Below are positions 25,660 to 38,445 of a DNA stretch of 64,000 bases, in pieces. The DNA lies in the NCBI RefSeq assembly GCF_902713615.1, contig NC_052149.1, positions 126,545,256 to 126,609,255 of the forward strand, read 5' to 3'. The notes below the pieces were generated by a model. It had not been told where the DNA came from, did no database searches, and was given only the letters and a program-made list of their open reading frames with translations. Every line of letters begins with the position of its first letter. Within the stretch, counting starts at the first letter, position 1. The DNA is from Scyliorhinus canicula (taxonomy: Eukaryota). The position numbers and the translations under genes were made by a program.

Positions 25660-26255
25660 ACTGAATCCATTGTTTTCAGCCCCCACTCCAAACTCAGTTC
25701 TCTAACTAGCTACTCCATCCCTCTCCATGGTAACAGTCTGACATTAAACCAGTCTCTTCACAACCTGGGGCTGACATTTAACCCCGAGCTGAGCTTCCGA
25801 CCTCACATTGGTGACATCACTAAGATGGTCTATTTCCACCTCAGTAACATCGCTCAACTTCACCCGTCTCAGCTCATCTACTGCGGAAACCATCAGCCAT
25901 GTCTCCGTTACCTCTGGACGTGACTATTCCAATACACTCCTGGCTGCTCTCCCACAACCTACCCTCCAGAAACATGAACTCATCCAAAACTCTGCTGTCC
26001 CAGCCTGAACTCCCACCAAGTCCCGTTCCCCTATCACCCCCTGTGCTCACTGACCCACATTGGCTTCTGGCCAAGCAATGTCTTGATTTTAAAATTCTCA
26101 TCCTTGTTTTCCAATCCCTCCATGTCCTCACCCCTCCCTATCTCTGGAATCTCCTCCAGCCCCACAACCCTCCGAGATATCTGCGCTCCTCTAATTGTGG
26201 CCTCTTGTACATTCCTGATTAGAATCGCCCCCCCATTGGTGGCTGTGCCTTCAGC
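25660..26255 (+). mobile_element. L2 LINE 3' fragment
   Basis: TSGRDYSNTLLAALP (L2 SRLDYxNALLxGLP-like) and PVLTDPHWLL. Confidence 0.8.
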
Positions 26256-26744
26256 TGCCATTGCCAAGGCCTGTAGCCATCTGCCTGCGCATCCCACTGA
26301 CCACCCACCATGGCCCATGGCTGTGCAGAGCGTCACCGGCCTACTCCACCCCACCCCATCACCACCACCCGATCCCCAACCTCCCCCTCCCTTCTGACAG
26401 CCGGGCGCCACCCTCCTGGTGGGGCATCACGCGGCCCACCCAAGGAGAACGCCCACATGGGTTGTACCAGCCACCGGTACCCCTGCCGGCAGGAATGGGT
26501 GCCTGGGTCTGAGTATTCCATTACTCTCCTGACTTGTGCCTTGTAGATAGTGGGTAGGCAAGAAGTCAGGAGGTGAGTTACTCACCACATGACTTCCTAA
26601 CATCTGACCTGTTCCTGTCGCCACAGTTTTTAGATGGCTCAACCAGTTCAGTTTCTGATCAATGGCAACCCCAGGATGTTTAAATGGGGATTTAGCAATG
26701 GCAATGCCAGTGAAAGACATGGAGCAATGTTTAACTTCCCTCTA

Positions 26745-27040
26745 GTTGGATGGGGTCACAGTGGTTAACACTGTTGCTTCACAGTGCCATGGTCGCAGGT
26801 TCGATTCCCCGCTGGGTCACTGTCTGTGAGGAGCCTGCACGTTCTCCCCGTGTCTGCGTGGGTTTCCTCATGCAGTCCAAAGACGTGGAGGTTAGGTGGA
26901 TTGGCCATGCTGAATCGCCCTCATTGTCCAATACGGTCAGGAGGGGTTATTGGGTTACGGGGACAGGGTGGAAGTGAGCGCTTAAGTGGGTCGGTGCAGA
27001 ATTAATGGGCCGAATGGCCTTCGCCTGCACTGTATGTTTT
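26745..27040 (+). mobile_element. tRNA-headed SINE, diverged
   Basis: CACAGTGGTTAACACTGTTGCTTCACAG head and GGGTCACTGTCTGTG core. Confidence 0.8.
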
Positions 27041-27094
27041 ATGTGCTGGGTATGACTGCGACCAGACGAGGGTTTCCCCCCTGATTCCCATTGA

Positions 27095-27445
27095 CACCAG
27101 TTTAGCTCAGGTTCCTTGATGCCAAACTCGGTTAAATGCTGCCTCGATGTCAAAGGGCAGTCACTCTGACCTCACCTCTGGAGTTCAGCTCTTTTGTCCA
27201 TGTTGAGCTGAGTGACTTTGGCAGAACCCAAACTGAGCACCAGTGAGCAGGTTATTGTTTAGCAAGTGGCACTTGATAGCTTTGTTGATGATCCCTTTCA
27301 TCATTTTGTTGATGATTGAGAGGGGGCTGATGGACGGTAATTGGCCGGATTGGATTTGTTCTGCTTTTTGTGTACAGGACATTCCTGGGCAATTTTCCAC
27401 ATTGCTGGGTAGATGCCAGTGATGTATCTGCACAGGAACAGCTCG
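27095..27445 (-). mobile_element. CR1-like LINE RT fragment
   Basis: Similar to 32230-32520 and 51080-51420 (ANYxPISxLSII, QFGF, DIxAAFD regions). Confidence 0.8.
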
Positions 27446-27549
27446 TCCTGGAGCGGCGGCAGCAACCACCCGACTCAATAACCACCATCCGACTAACTAA
27501 CCACCATCCGACTAACTAACCACACTATCCATCTGGCATCGTGTCCAAC

Positions 27550-30500
27550 TACCATCCAACCCAGCTATCACCCTACCCACCCTACCCAGCTATCACCCTA
27601 CCCAGCTATCACCCTACCCAGCTATCACCCTACCCACCCTACCCAGCTATCACCCTACCCACCCTACCCAGCTATCACCCTACACAGCTATCACCCTACC
27701 CAGCTATCACCCTACCCAGCTACCCACCCTACCCAGCTATCACCCTACCCAGCGATCACCCTACCCAGCTATCCACCCTACCCAGCTATCACCCTACCCA
27801 GCTATCACCCTACCCAGCTACCCACCCTACCCAGCTATCACCCTACACAGCTATCACCCTACCCAGCTACCCACCCTACCCAGCTATCAGCCTACCCAGC
27901 TATCCACCCTACCCAGCTATCATCCTACCCAGCTATCACCCTACCAAGCTACCCACCCTACCCAGCTACCATCCTACACAGCTATCACCCTACCCAGCTA
28001 CCCACCTTACCCAGCTATCACCCTACCCAGCTACACACCCTACCCAGCTATCACCTTACCCAGCTATCACCCTACCCAGCTATCACCCTACCCAGCTATC
28101 ACCCTACCCAGCTATCACCCTACCCAGCTATCACCCTACACACTTATCACCCTACCCACCCTACCCAGCTATCACCCTACCCAGCTATCACCCTACCCAG
28201 CGATCACCCTACCCAGCTATCACCCTACCCAGCTATCACCTTACCCAGCTATGACCCTACCCAGCTATCACACTACCCAGCTATCACCCTACCCAGCTAT
28301 CACCCTACCCAGCTATTACCCTACCCAGCTATCACCCTACCCAGCCAATACCCTACCCAGCTATCACCCTACCGAGCTACCCACCCTACCCAGCTACCCA
28401 CCCTACCCAGCTATCACCCTACCCACCCTACCCATCTAACACCCTACCCAGCTATCACCCTACCCAGCTACACACCCTACCCAGCTATCACCCTATCCAG
28501 CAATCACCCTACCCAGCTACACACCCTACCCAGCTATCACCCTACCCAGCTATCACACTACCCAGCTACCCACCCTAACCAGCTATCACCCTACCCAGAT
28601 ATCACCCTACCCAGCTACCACCCTACACAGCTATCACCCTACCCAGCTACCCACCCTACCCAGCTATCACCCTACCCAGCTACCCACACTAACCAGCTAT
28701 CACCCTACCCAGCAAACACCCTACCCATCTACCCACCCTACCCAGCTATCAACCTACCCAGCTATCACCCTACCCAGCTATCACCCTAACCAGCTATCAC
28801 CCTACCCAGCTATCACCCTACCCAGCTATCACCCGACCCAGCTATCACACTACCCAGCTATCACCCTACCCAGCTATCAGCCTACCCAGCTATCACCCTA
28901 CCCAGCTATCACCCTACCCAGCTACCACCCTACCCAGCTATCACCCTACCCAGCTATCACCCTACCCAGCTATCACCCTACCCAGCTATCACCCTACCCA
29001 GCTGTCACCCACCCCAGCTACCCACCCTACCCAGCTATCACCTTACCCAGCTATGACCCTACCCAGCTATCACCCTACCCAGCTATCACCCTAACCAGCT
29101 ATTACCTACCCAGCGATCACCCTACCCAGCTATCACCCTACTCAGCTATCACACTACCCAGCTATCACCCTACCCAGCTATCACCCTACCCAGCTATTAC
29201 CCTACCGAGCGATCACCCTACCCAGCTACCCACCCTACCCAGCTATCACACTACCCAACTATCATCCTACCCAGCTATCACCCTACCCAGCTATCACCCT
29301 ACCCAGCTATCACCCTACCCACATATCACCCTACCCACACTACCCAGCTATCACCCTACCCAGCTATCACCATACCCAGCTACCCACCCTACCCATCGAT
29401 CACCCTACCCAGCGATCACCCTACCAGCTATCACCCGATCCAGCTATCACCCTACCCAGCTATCACCCTACCCACCCTACCCAGCTATCACCCTACCCCA
29501 GCTATCACCCTACCCAGCTATCACCCTACCCAGCTATCACCCTACCCAGCTACCCACCATACCCAGTTCTCACCCTACCAGCTATCACCGTACCCAGCTA
29601 TCACCCTACCCAGCTACCCACCCTACCCAGCTATCACCCTACCCAGCTATCACCCTACCCAGCAATCCACCCTAGCCAGCTATCACCCTACCCAGCTATC
29701 ACCCTACCCAGCTACCCACACTACCCAGCTATCACCCTACCCAGCTATCACCCTACCCAGGTACCCACCCTACCCAGCTATCACCCCACCCAGCTATCAC
29801 CCTACCCAGCTACCACCCTACACAGCTATCACCCTACCCAGCTACCCACCCTACCCAGCTATCACCCTACCCAGCTATCACCCTACCCAGCTACCCACCC
29901 TACCCAGCTGTCACCCTACCCAGCTATCAACCTACACACTTATCACCCTACCCACCCTACCCAGCTATCACCCTACCCAGCTATCACCCTACCCAGCGAT
30001 CACCCTACCCAGCTATCACCCTACCCAGCTATAACTCTACCCAGCTATCACCTTACCCAGCTATGACCCTACCCAGCTATCACACTACCCAGCTATCACC
30101 CTACCCAGCTATAACCCTACCCAGCTATTACCCTACCCAGCTATCACCCTACCCAGCTATCACCCTACCCAGCTATCACCCTACCCAGCTATCACACTAC
30201 CCAGCTATCACCCTACCCAGCTATCACACTACCCAGCTATCACCCTACCCAGCTAGCCACCCTACCCAGCTACCCACCCTACCCAGCTATCACCCTACCC
30301 GCCCTACCCAGCTATCACCCTACCCAGCTATCACCCTACCCAGCTATCACCCAACCCAGCTACCCACCCTACCCAGCTATCTCCCTACCCAGCTACACAC
30401 CCTACCCAGCTATCAACCTACCCAGCTATCACACTACCCAGCTACCCACCCTACCCAGCTATCACCCTACCGAGCGATCACCCTACCCAGCTACCCACCC

Positions 30501-31823
30501 TACCCAGCTATCACACTACCCAACTATCATCCTACCCAGCTATCACCCTACCCAGCTATCACCCTACCCAGCTATCACCCTACCCACGTATCACCCTACC
30601 CACACTACCCAGCTATCACCCTACCCAGCTATCACCATACCCAGCTACCCACCCTACCCATCGATCACCCTACCCAGCGATCACCCTACCCAGCTATCAC
30701 CCGATCCAGCTATCACCCTACCCAGCTATCACCCTACCCACCCTACCCAGCTATCACCCTACCCAGCTATCACCCTACCCAGCTATCACCCTACCCAGCT
30801 ATCACCTACCCAGCTACCCACCATACCCAGTTATCACCCTACCAGCTATCACCGTACCCAGCTATCACCCTACCCAGCTACCCACCCTACCCAGCTATCA
30901 CCCTACCCAGCTATCACCCTACCCAAGCAATCCACCCTACCCAGCTATCACCCTACCCAGCTATCACCCTACCCAGCTACCCACACTACCCAGCTATCAC
31001 CCTACCCAGCTATCACCCTACCCAGGTACCCACCCTACCCAGCAATCACCCCACCCAGCTATCACCCTACGCAGCTACCACCCTACACAGCTATCACCTA
31101 CCCAGCTACCCACCCTACCCAGCTATCACCCTACCCAGCTATCACCCTACCCAGCTACCCACCCTACCCAGCTGTCACCCTACCCAGCTATCAACCTACA
31201 CACTTATCACCCTACCCACCCTACCCAGCTATCACCCTACCCAGCTATCACCCTACCCAGCGATCACCCTACCCAGCTATCACCCTACCCAGCTATAACT
31301 CTACCCAGCTATCACCTTACCCAGCTATGACCCTACCCAGCTATCACACTACCCAGCTATCACCCTACCCAGCTATAACCCTACCCAGCTATTACCCTAC
31401 CCAGCTATCACCCTACCCAGCTATCACCCTACACAGCTATCACCCTACCCAGCTATCACACTACCCAGCTATCACCCTACCCAGCTATCACACTACCCAG
31501 CTATCACCCTACCCAGCTACCCACCCTACCCAGCTACCCACCCTACCCAGCTATCACCCTACCCACCCTACCCAGCTATCACCCTACCAGCTATCACCCT
31601 ACCCAGCTATCACCCAACCCAGCTACCCACCCTACCCAGCTATCACCCTAACCAGCTATCACCCTACCCAGCTATCCACCGTACCGCTATCACCCTACCC
31701 AGCTATCTCCCTACCCAGCTACACACCCTACCCAGCTATCAACCTACCCAGCTATCACACTACCCAGCTACCCACCCTACCCAGCTATCACCCTACCCAC
31801 CTATCACCCTACCCAGCTACCAT
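27550..31823. repeat. 16-bp minisatellite (CCCAGCTATCACCCTA)n, >4.2 kb, ending at the gap
   Basis: Unit read directly, with variants such as CCCAGCTACCCACCCTA. Extreme C/G strand skew. Confidence 0.98.
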
Positions 31824-31923
31824 NNNNNNNNNNNNNNNNNNNNNNNNNNNNNNNNNNNNNNNNNNNNNNNNNNNNNNNNNNNNNNNNNNNNNNNNNNNNN
31901 NNNNNNNNNNNNNNNNNNNNNNN
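31824..31923. other. Assembly gap (100 N)
   Basis: Run of exactly 100 N, so the true size is probably unknown. Confidence 1.
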
Positions 31924-33150
31924 GCCCAACACATAAGTGCAAACAATAAGGCTGAAGCAGTCATAAAACTCTTCAACCAGAAACGCTGAGTGGATGATCC
32001 ATCTCCGTCTCCTCCAGAGGTCTTCAGCATCACCGATATCAGCCTTCAGCCAGTTTGATTCACTCCACGTGATATGAAGAAACAGCTGAAGGCTCAGGAT
32101 GCTGCAAAGCCTATGGGTCCTGACAACATCCCAGCAATAGTACTGAAGACGTGTGCCCCAGAACGTGCTTCACGCCTAGCCAAGCTGTTCCAGTACAGCT
32201 ACAACACTGGCATCTACCCGACAATTTGGAAAGTTCCCAGGTGTGTCCAGTACACAGGAAACAGGACAAATACAACCCAGCTAATTATCACCCAGTCATT
32301 CTGCTCTCAGTCATTAGGAAAGTGATGGAAGGTGTCATCAACACTCTTAGCAATAATCTGCTCACTGATACTCAGTTTGGGTTTCACGAGGGTCACTCAG
32401 CTCCTGAACTCATTCCAGCCTTGGTTCAAACATAGACAAAGGTGCTAAACTCTCGAGGTGAGGTGAGAGTGACTGCCCTTGACTGAGTTTGGCATCAAGG
32501 AACCCAAGCAAAACTGGACTCAATGGGAATCAGTAGGGAAAGTCTCTCCTGATTGGAGCCATACCTGGCACAAAGGTGGATGGTTGTGGTTGTTGGAGGT
32601 CAATCATTTCAGTTCCAGGACATCACTGCAGGAGTTCCTCAGAGTAGTGACCTAGGCCCAACCATCTTCTGTTGCTTCATCAATTACCTTCCTTCAATCA
32701 TAACGCCAGAGGTGGGGATGTTCCCGAATGACTGCACAATGTTCAGCACCATTCACGACTTCTCAGATACTGAAACCATTCCTGTGTAAATGCAGCAAGA
32801 CCTAGACAATATCCAGGCTTGGGCTGAAAAGTGGCAAGTAACATTTGCATCAAACATGTGCCAGACAATGGCCATCACCAACAAGAATGAATCTAACTGC
32901 TGCCCCTTTCAATGTCATTACCATTGCTGAATGCCCCATTTTCAACATCCTGGGGGTTATCATTGAGCAGAAACTGAACTGGACCATCCATATCAATACT
33001 GTGCTTAACAAAACTCATCAAAGGCTGGGAATCCTACGGCGAGTAACTAACCTCCTGACTCCCCAAACCCTGTCCACCATGTACAAGACACAAGTCAGGA
33101 GTGTGATGGAATACTCTCCACTTGCCTGGATGAGTGCAGCTCCAACCACC
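31924..33150 (+). mobile_element. CR1-like LINE RT region, degenerate
   Basis: KPMGPDNIPAIVLKTCAPE, GVPQSSDLGPTIFCCFINYLPS, and MFPNDCT (a decayed FADD). Confidence 0.85.
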
Positions 33151-34059
33151 CTCACCTTTATCTTTTTAGTGGTGGCGGAAACGGCAGGGTAAATTGCCGA
33201 TAGTACGGGGATAGACAGCCGCGGTCTGAGGTGATGGCACATTTCAGAAAGTGCGTGAGTGTGTCCTGGAGGGTATTTTCAAATTGGATTAAATTGTCAG
33301 TCATTTTTTAAGCAAGGGAAGGGACCTGTTTGATTTATTTAATTTTTTAATAAAATTTTAAATTTAAATAGTTTAGTCATGACAGGCAAGCTCAAAGCTG
33401 TGTTATGTTCCTCCTGTTCTATGTGGGAAGCCAGGTACATTCCAGTGCCCGGGACCAGCATTTGTGCAGAAAGGCTGTCCAGCTATAGCTTCCGGACGCT
33501 CGGATTTCATATCTGGAATGGTGGCTGGAGATAGTGTGGAGCATCCTTGAGGCTGAGAGCATCATGGGTAGCACGCTCAGAGAGATGGTCACACTGCAGC
33601 TGAAGGGACTTGAAGATGGAAGGGAAAGGGTGAGCACCAGGCTGTCTATGATAAACAGGCAGGTAGTTCAGGAGTTCCCTGGAAGCTGATGAAGGTACTG
33701 GTTCCTCCAGTGAGTGAGTGAGTGCAGACAGAGCCAAACATCTGGCACCACAGGAGCCTGTATGTACAGGAGGGGAGGAAGAGATGAAGAGCAATAATAA
33801 TAGGGGAACATATATCAGGGGAGAAGATAGGCATGACTGTGGCCATCAACCATTGTGACTCCTGAATGGTGTGTTGTCTCCCTGGTACCAGGGACTTGGA
33901 TGCTGCTGCACGGCTGCAGGGAATCCTGAATGGGGGAGAGATAAGGCAGAGGTCATGGTCCATCTTTGTCCCAATGATATCAGTAGAAAGAGGGATGAGG
34001 TCTTACATCAAGAATTCAGGAAGCAAGGCAATAGAATAAAAAGCAGGACCTCTCGGGTT

Positions 34060-34375
34060 GGGCAGTATGGTAGCACAGTGGGTAGCACTGTGTGCTTCAC
34101 AGCTCCAGGGTCCCAGGTTCGATTCCTGGCTTGGGTCACTGTCTGTGTGGAGTCTGCACGTTCTCCATGTGTCTGAATGAGCTTCCTCCGGATGCTCCGG
34201 TTTCCTCCCACAAGTCCCGACAGATGTGCTGTTAGGCAATTTGGACATTCTGAATTCTCCCTCAGTGTACCCAAACAGGCACCAGAGTGTGGCAACTAGG
34301 GGATTTTCACAGTAACTTCATTGCAGTGTTAATGTAAGCCTACTTGTGACAATAAAGATTATTATTATTATTATT
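34060..34375 (+). mobile_element. tRNA-headed SINE, tail type A, ending in (ATT)n
   Basis: Tail identical in type to 6334-6625. Confidence 0.9.
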
Positions 34376-34746
34376 GTAATCTCTGGATTACTCCCAGTGC
34401 CAGGTGCGAGTGAGCACAGAAATAGGAGAATAATGCAGATTAACGTGTGGCTTAAGAGCTGGTGCAGGAGGGAGGGGTGTAAATTCCTAGATCACTGGGA
34501 CCATTTGTGGGGAAAGTGGGACCTGTGCAAGCGGGACAGTCGACATCTCAACCACAGAGGGACTAACATCCTTGTGGATGGGTTTGCACGTGCTGTTGGG
34601 AGGAGTTTAAAATAATTTGGCAAGGAGAGGGGATCACAGAATGTTAGCACAATAGGGACGCAGCATTATTCAGTAAAGCAATCGAGTCAGAGGCGTAGGA
34701 GTATTACAGGTGAAGCGGATGAGTTAAGGGCGAGGATTGACACATG

Positions 34747-34915
34747 GGGCTGGATTCTCCGCCCCGTTGCACCACATTTCTGTTTCACCCCACTGGCGGG
34801 ATGCTCCGTTACGCCAGCTAAACAATGGGGTTTCCCATTGTGGGCAGCCCCATACCGTTGGGAAACCTCTGGGCTGCCGGCAAAACAAAGCATCCGCCGG
34901 CGGAGAATCCAGCCC
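34747..34915. mobile_element. 169-bp Harbinger-type MITE inserted in CR1 ORF2
   Basis: Perfect 17-bp TIR GGGCTGGATTCTCCGCC. 3-bp TSD ATG/GTG (one transition). Removing it restores RIDTWNWD. Confidence 0.9.
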
Positions 34916-35454
34916 GTGGAATTGGGATATAGTTGCCATCACGGAGATGTGGTTGAGGGAGGGGCAGGATTGGCAGCTGATATAAAATCTTCAGGCGAGA
35001 CAGGGGCGGGGGTAAATGAGGAGGAAGCATTGCATTATTAGTTAAGCAGTCAGTTACTGCAGGAAGGACAGATGTTGGGCGGGTTTCTCTGTCGGCCAAC
35101 ACCAAAATCGCAAAATGCAATTCGGTGGGGAATCAGTTTTGACTCTGAAATCATGGCGCGCGCCGGTTTCAAAATCGCAATTCTCCAGGGCCTCAACAGC
35201 AGCGTCATTGTGTTCCATTCCTCACTTAGAGAAAATGGCATTGGCATATCAGCGTGCCTGACCCGGTATTCTCCAGGACTCTGCGATTCTCCGCCTCCAT
35301 CGGGGGGAGTTCCCGACGGCGAGGTTCACTTGTGCTTTTAACAATCGTGAAACAGGCATCGTGGCTGATGAGGGAGAGAGAGGGGTTCGGACCCGGAGAG
35401 GCACCACCTCTTCGATGCCGGTTATGATGCTGGGGGAGGGGGTGGGCTGCACGA

Positions 35455-36330
35455 TTGTCCTCAATACCTGGGCCCTCTAAAGCTGCGTACCTAGCCCCCT
35501 ACTGTATTTCCTATACACACACGACTGCGTGGCAAAGTTTGGCTCCAACTCCATGTCCAGGTTTGCTGATGACACAACCATACTGGGTCGGATCATCAAG
35601 AACGATGACTCAGAGTAGAAGAGGGAGACAGAGAACCTTGTGGAGTGGTGCAATGACAACAATCTCTCCCTCAAAGTCAGTGAAACTGAAGAGTTGGTCA
35701 TTGACTTCAGGATGCGCAGTATCATACACACCCTTGTGTGCATCAATGGTGTGGAGGTGGAGATGGTGTCGAGGTGGAGATGGTTAACAGTTTCAAATTC
35801 CTAGGTGTGCACATCACCAATAATCTGTCCTGGTCCACCAATGTCGAGGCTGTGACCAAGAAAGCACAACAGTGCCTATACCTCCTCAGGAAACAAAGGA
35901 AATTTGGCATATCCACATTAACTCTTCCCAATTTTTACAGAGGCACCATAGTAAGCATCCTATCTGGCAGCATCACAGCCTGGTGTGGCAACTGCAAGTG
36001 AATCACCTGATGAAGGAGCAGTGCTCCGAAAGCTAGTGATTTGAAACAAACCTGTTGGACTTTTACCTGGTGTTGGAAGACTTCTTACTGGGTTCAAAAA
36101 CAGCTTCTTCCCGGCTGTTACCCGGCTCCTGAATGACCCTCTTATGGACTGATCTGATCTCTTCACATATCTTCTCTAATGAGTAGTACTACACTCCTGT
36201 ATGCTTCATCCAATGCCGGTAGCTATGTATTTACATTGTTTTTTTTCATGTATGGAATGATCTGTCTGGACTGCGCGCAGAACAATACGTTTCACTGTAC
36301 CTCGGTACACGTGACAATAAAACAAATCCA
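35455..36330 (+). mobile_element. Rex1/Babar-type LINE 3' fragment
   Basis: LYTHDCVAKF...RFADDTTILG, VNSFKFLGVHITNNLSW, KAQQCLYLLRK. Confidence 0.8.
36001..36041 (+). ncRNA. Minimal type I hammerhead ribozyme in a Penelope-like terminal-repeat fragment (~35996-36092)
   Basis: Stem I AATCAC/GTGATT, core CTGATGA, stem II GGAGC-AGT-GCTCC, GAAA, palindromic AGCT stem III, cleavage triplet CTA. Confidence 0.85.
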
Positions 36331-36891
36331 AACCCAAGGATGGAGTGCTGGCCACACATCAGGCCGAGGAGGAGGAGGAGGAGGAGGTGCAAAGGAGGTG
36401 CCACATGGGGCCTCATGTGTACCGGCAGCGCCTGACATTCGAGGACATGCCAGACAGGGCATGCTGTCGAAGTCTCCGGCTGATCAGGGGACAGTGCGGA
36501 ATTTCTGCCAGATCATGATGCTCCAGGCACCATCAATAGGAGAGGACACACGCTCCCAGTGGTTGTCAAGGTGACGGTTGCCCTGAACCTTTACGCCATG
36601 GTGTCCTTCCAGGCGACGAGTGGGATCCAGTCTGGGATCTCACAGAGCTCGGTGCAAAGGTACATCCGCGTTGTCACGGAGGCCCTATATCCCCAGAAGC
36701 CACAATATATCCATTTCAATGTGGCCTGTGCCCACCACGATACATCGCCGGGATACCCCGGGTCAAGGAGAGATCAACGGGGTGCATGTTCTCCTGCGAA
36801 CATTTGCAGATGACAGGCCGCTCTACACAAACCGAAAGGGGTTCCACTCGATGAACATGCAGCTGGTGTGTAACCATCAGCTGTGCATCAG

Positions 36892-37370
36892 ACACAACTG
36901 TGCCCAATACCCGGGCAGTGTGCACAACGTCTTCATCATACACAACTGTGCCCAATACCCGGGCAGTGTGCACAGCGTCTTCATCATACACAACTGTGCC
37001 CAATACCCGGGCAGTGTGCACAACGTCTTCATCATAAACAACTGTGCCCAATAGCCGGGCAGTGTGCACAACGTCTTCATCATACACAACTGTGCCCAAT
37101 ACCCGGGCAGTGTGCACAAAGCCTTCATCATACACAACTGTGCCCAATACCCGGGCAGTGTGCACAACGTCTTCATCAGACACAACTGTGCCCAATACCC
37201 GGGCAGTGTGCACAACGTCTTCATCATAAACAACTGTGCCCAATACCCGGGCAGTGTGCACAACTCCTTCATCATACACAACTGTGCCCAATACCCGGGC
37301 AGTGTGCACAACGCCTTCATCATACACAACTGTGCCCAATACCCGGGCAGTGTGCACAACTCCTTCATCC
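36892..37370. repeat. 48-bp in-frame tandem repeat, ~10 copies, of the transposase PGSVH(D/N) motif
   Basis: Unit CACAACTGTGCCCAATACCCGGGCAGTGTGCACAACGTCTTCATCATA. Confidence 0.95.
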
Positions 37371-37426
37371 TGGCACACCCGATGATTCCTGACATGTTCG
37401 AGATGCCCCCCTCCAGCTGAGGGGTT

Positions 37427-38445
37427 TGTTGTGTTATACACCCTGGGGTAACACGGACTGCAACATGATGCAGATAAACGATAAAGCATACACCAAACAT
37501 AGGCGTTGGTTCAATAAGATTTATTGAACTTCAGTAACGAAGCACGCAGCTGCCTGTGGGTTGACTCTCTACTACTCGAAGTAAACTGACACTAACTATC
37601 TTGACCAGGCTACCTCTGATCCACGTGTAGAAAGTGTTGAATGATTTGTACACCCTGTTGTGGGAGCGGTGTTTTCATAACCCCAAAATGTATCATGGAG
37701 TTCAACCAACCTCTCCCTTTAATGTATTGTTGCTTTTGAAGCACACGGCTTGGTCTCCAGTTGTGGGATTACAATTATGGACACGTGGGTTTTTAAACAC
37801 AAAACAATGTTTATTCCATGAATTCAACTTAACCTTTTTAAATAAACATTGGCTCATTTACCACCCCTTACTCCAAAGATAACCCCGAAAATAATACTAC
37901 ACTAAATAATCCCTCAAAATGGTCCTTCAAACATCCAACCTCCAAAAGACTGAACACCTTTAACAACAGAAACACATCAGGTTAAAGACATTACTATTAT
38001 GAGTTTAAATCACCCAAATGATTCAGAGATAGTCTTTCATGGCAGCGATCACAGCAGATCCAGCTCACTGCAAACACAGACACACCCAAGCTCTTTTCCT
38101 CAAAACGGAAACCAAAACACTGCAAAATGGCTGAGCTAAAAACCCAGCTCCACCCACACTCTGACATCACTTCAGTAATATGAGCTGCTTCATTTCTTAA
38201 AGTTACATTACTTAGACATCCATTTCTTAAAGGTACTCTCACATGACAACCCTGAATGTCACTACAGTTGTCCCCAGTGGAAAGAGGCAGAGTGCTGATG
38301 CCTCGTGTGTTTTATAGTTGGAAGCCACCCTCTGGTGTTCTGTCTGGTGATTGGTTGTGTTCTGTTCTGTATGTTGATTGGCTCACCTTGGTGTCTGTCA
38401 CTGTCTGCTTTTGCATCATGATGTGCATGGGTGCATATTATGACA
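37427..38445. mobile_element. Solo LTR (outer) inserted in the Harbinger transposase
   Basis: TGTTGTG...ATGACA ends, with 5-bp TSD GGGTT at 37422-37426 and 38446-38450. Confidence 0.85.
37656..38248. mobile_element. Solo LTR (inner) nested in the outer LTR
   Basis: TGTTGTG...ATGACA ends, with 4-bp TSD ACCC. Confidence 0.8.

Larger units (their letters stand above)
33340..35060 (+). mobile_element. CR1 LINE 5' part (ORF1 esterase and ORF2 start), interrupted by a SINE and a MITE
   Basis: MTGKLKAVLCSSCSMWE, VMVHLCPNDISRKRDEVL, WLKSWCRREGCKFLDHWD, WNWDIVAITEMWLREGQDWQL. Confidence 0.85.

Noticed and set aside
27541-31989. Pro/Tyr-rich extensin-like ORFs; telomeric array
   Set aside because: The ORFs are translations of the 16-bp repeat. 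The unit has TAGGG but not (TTAGGG)n.
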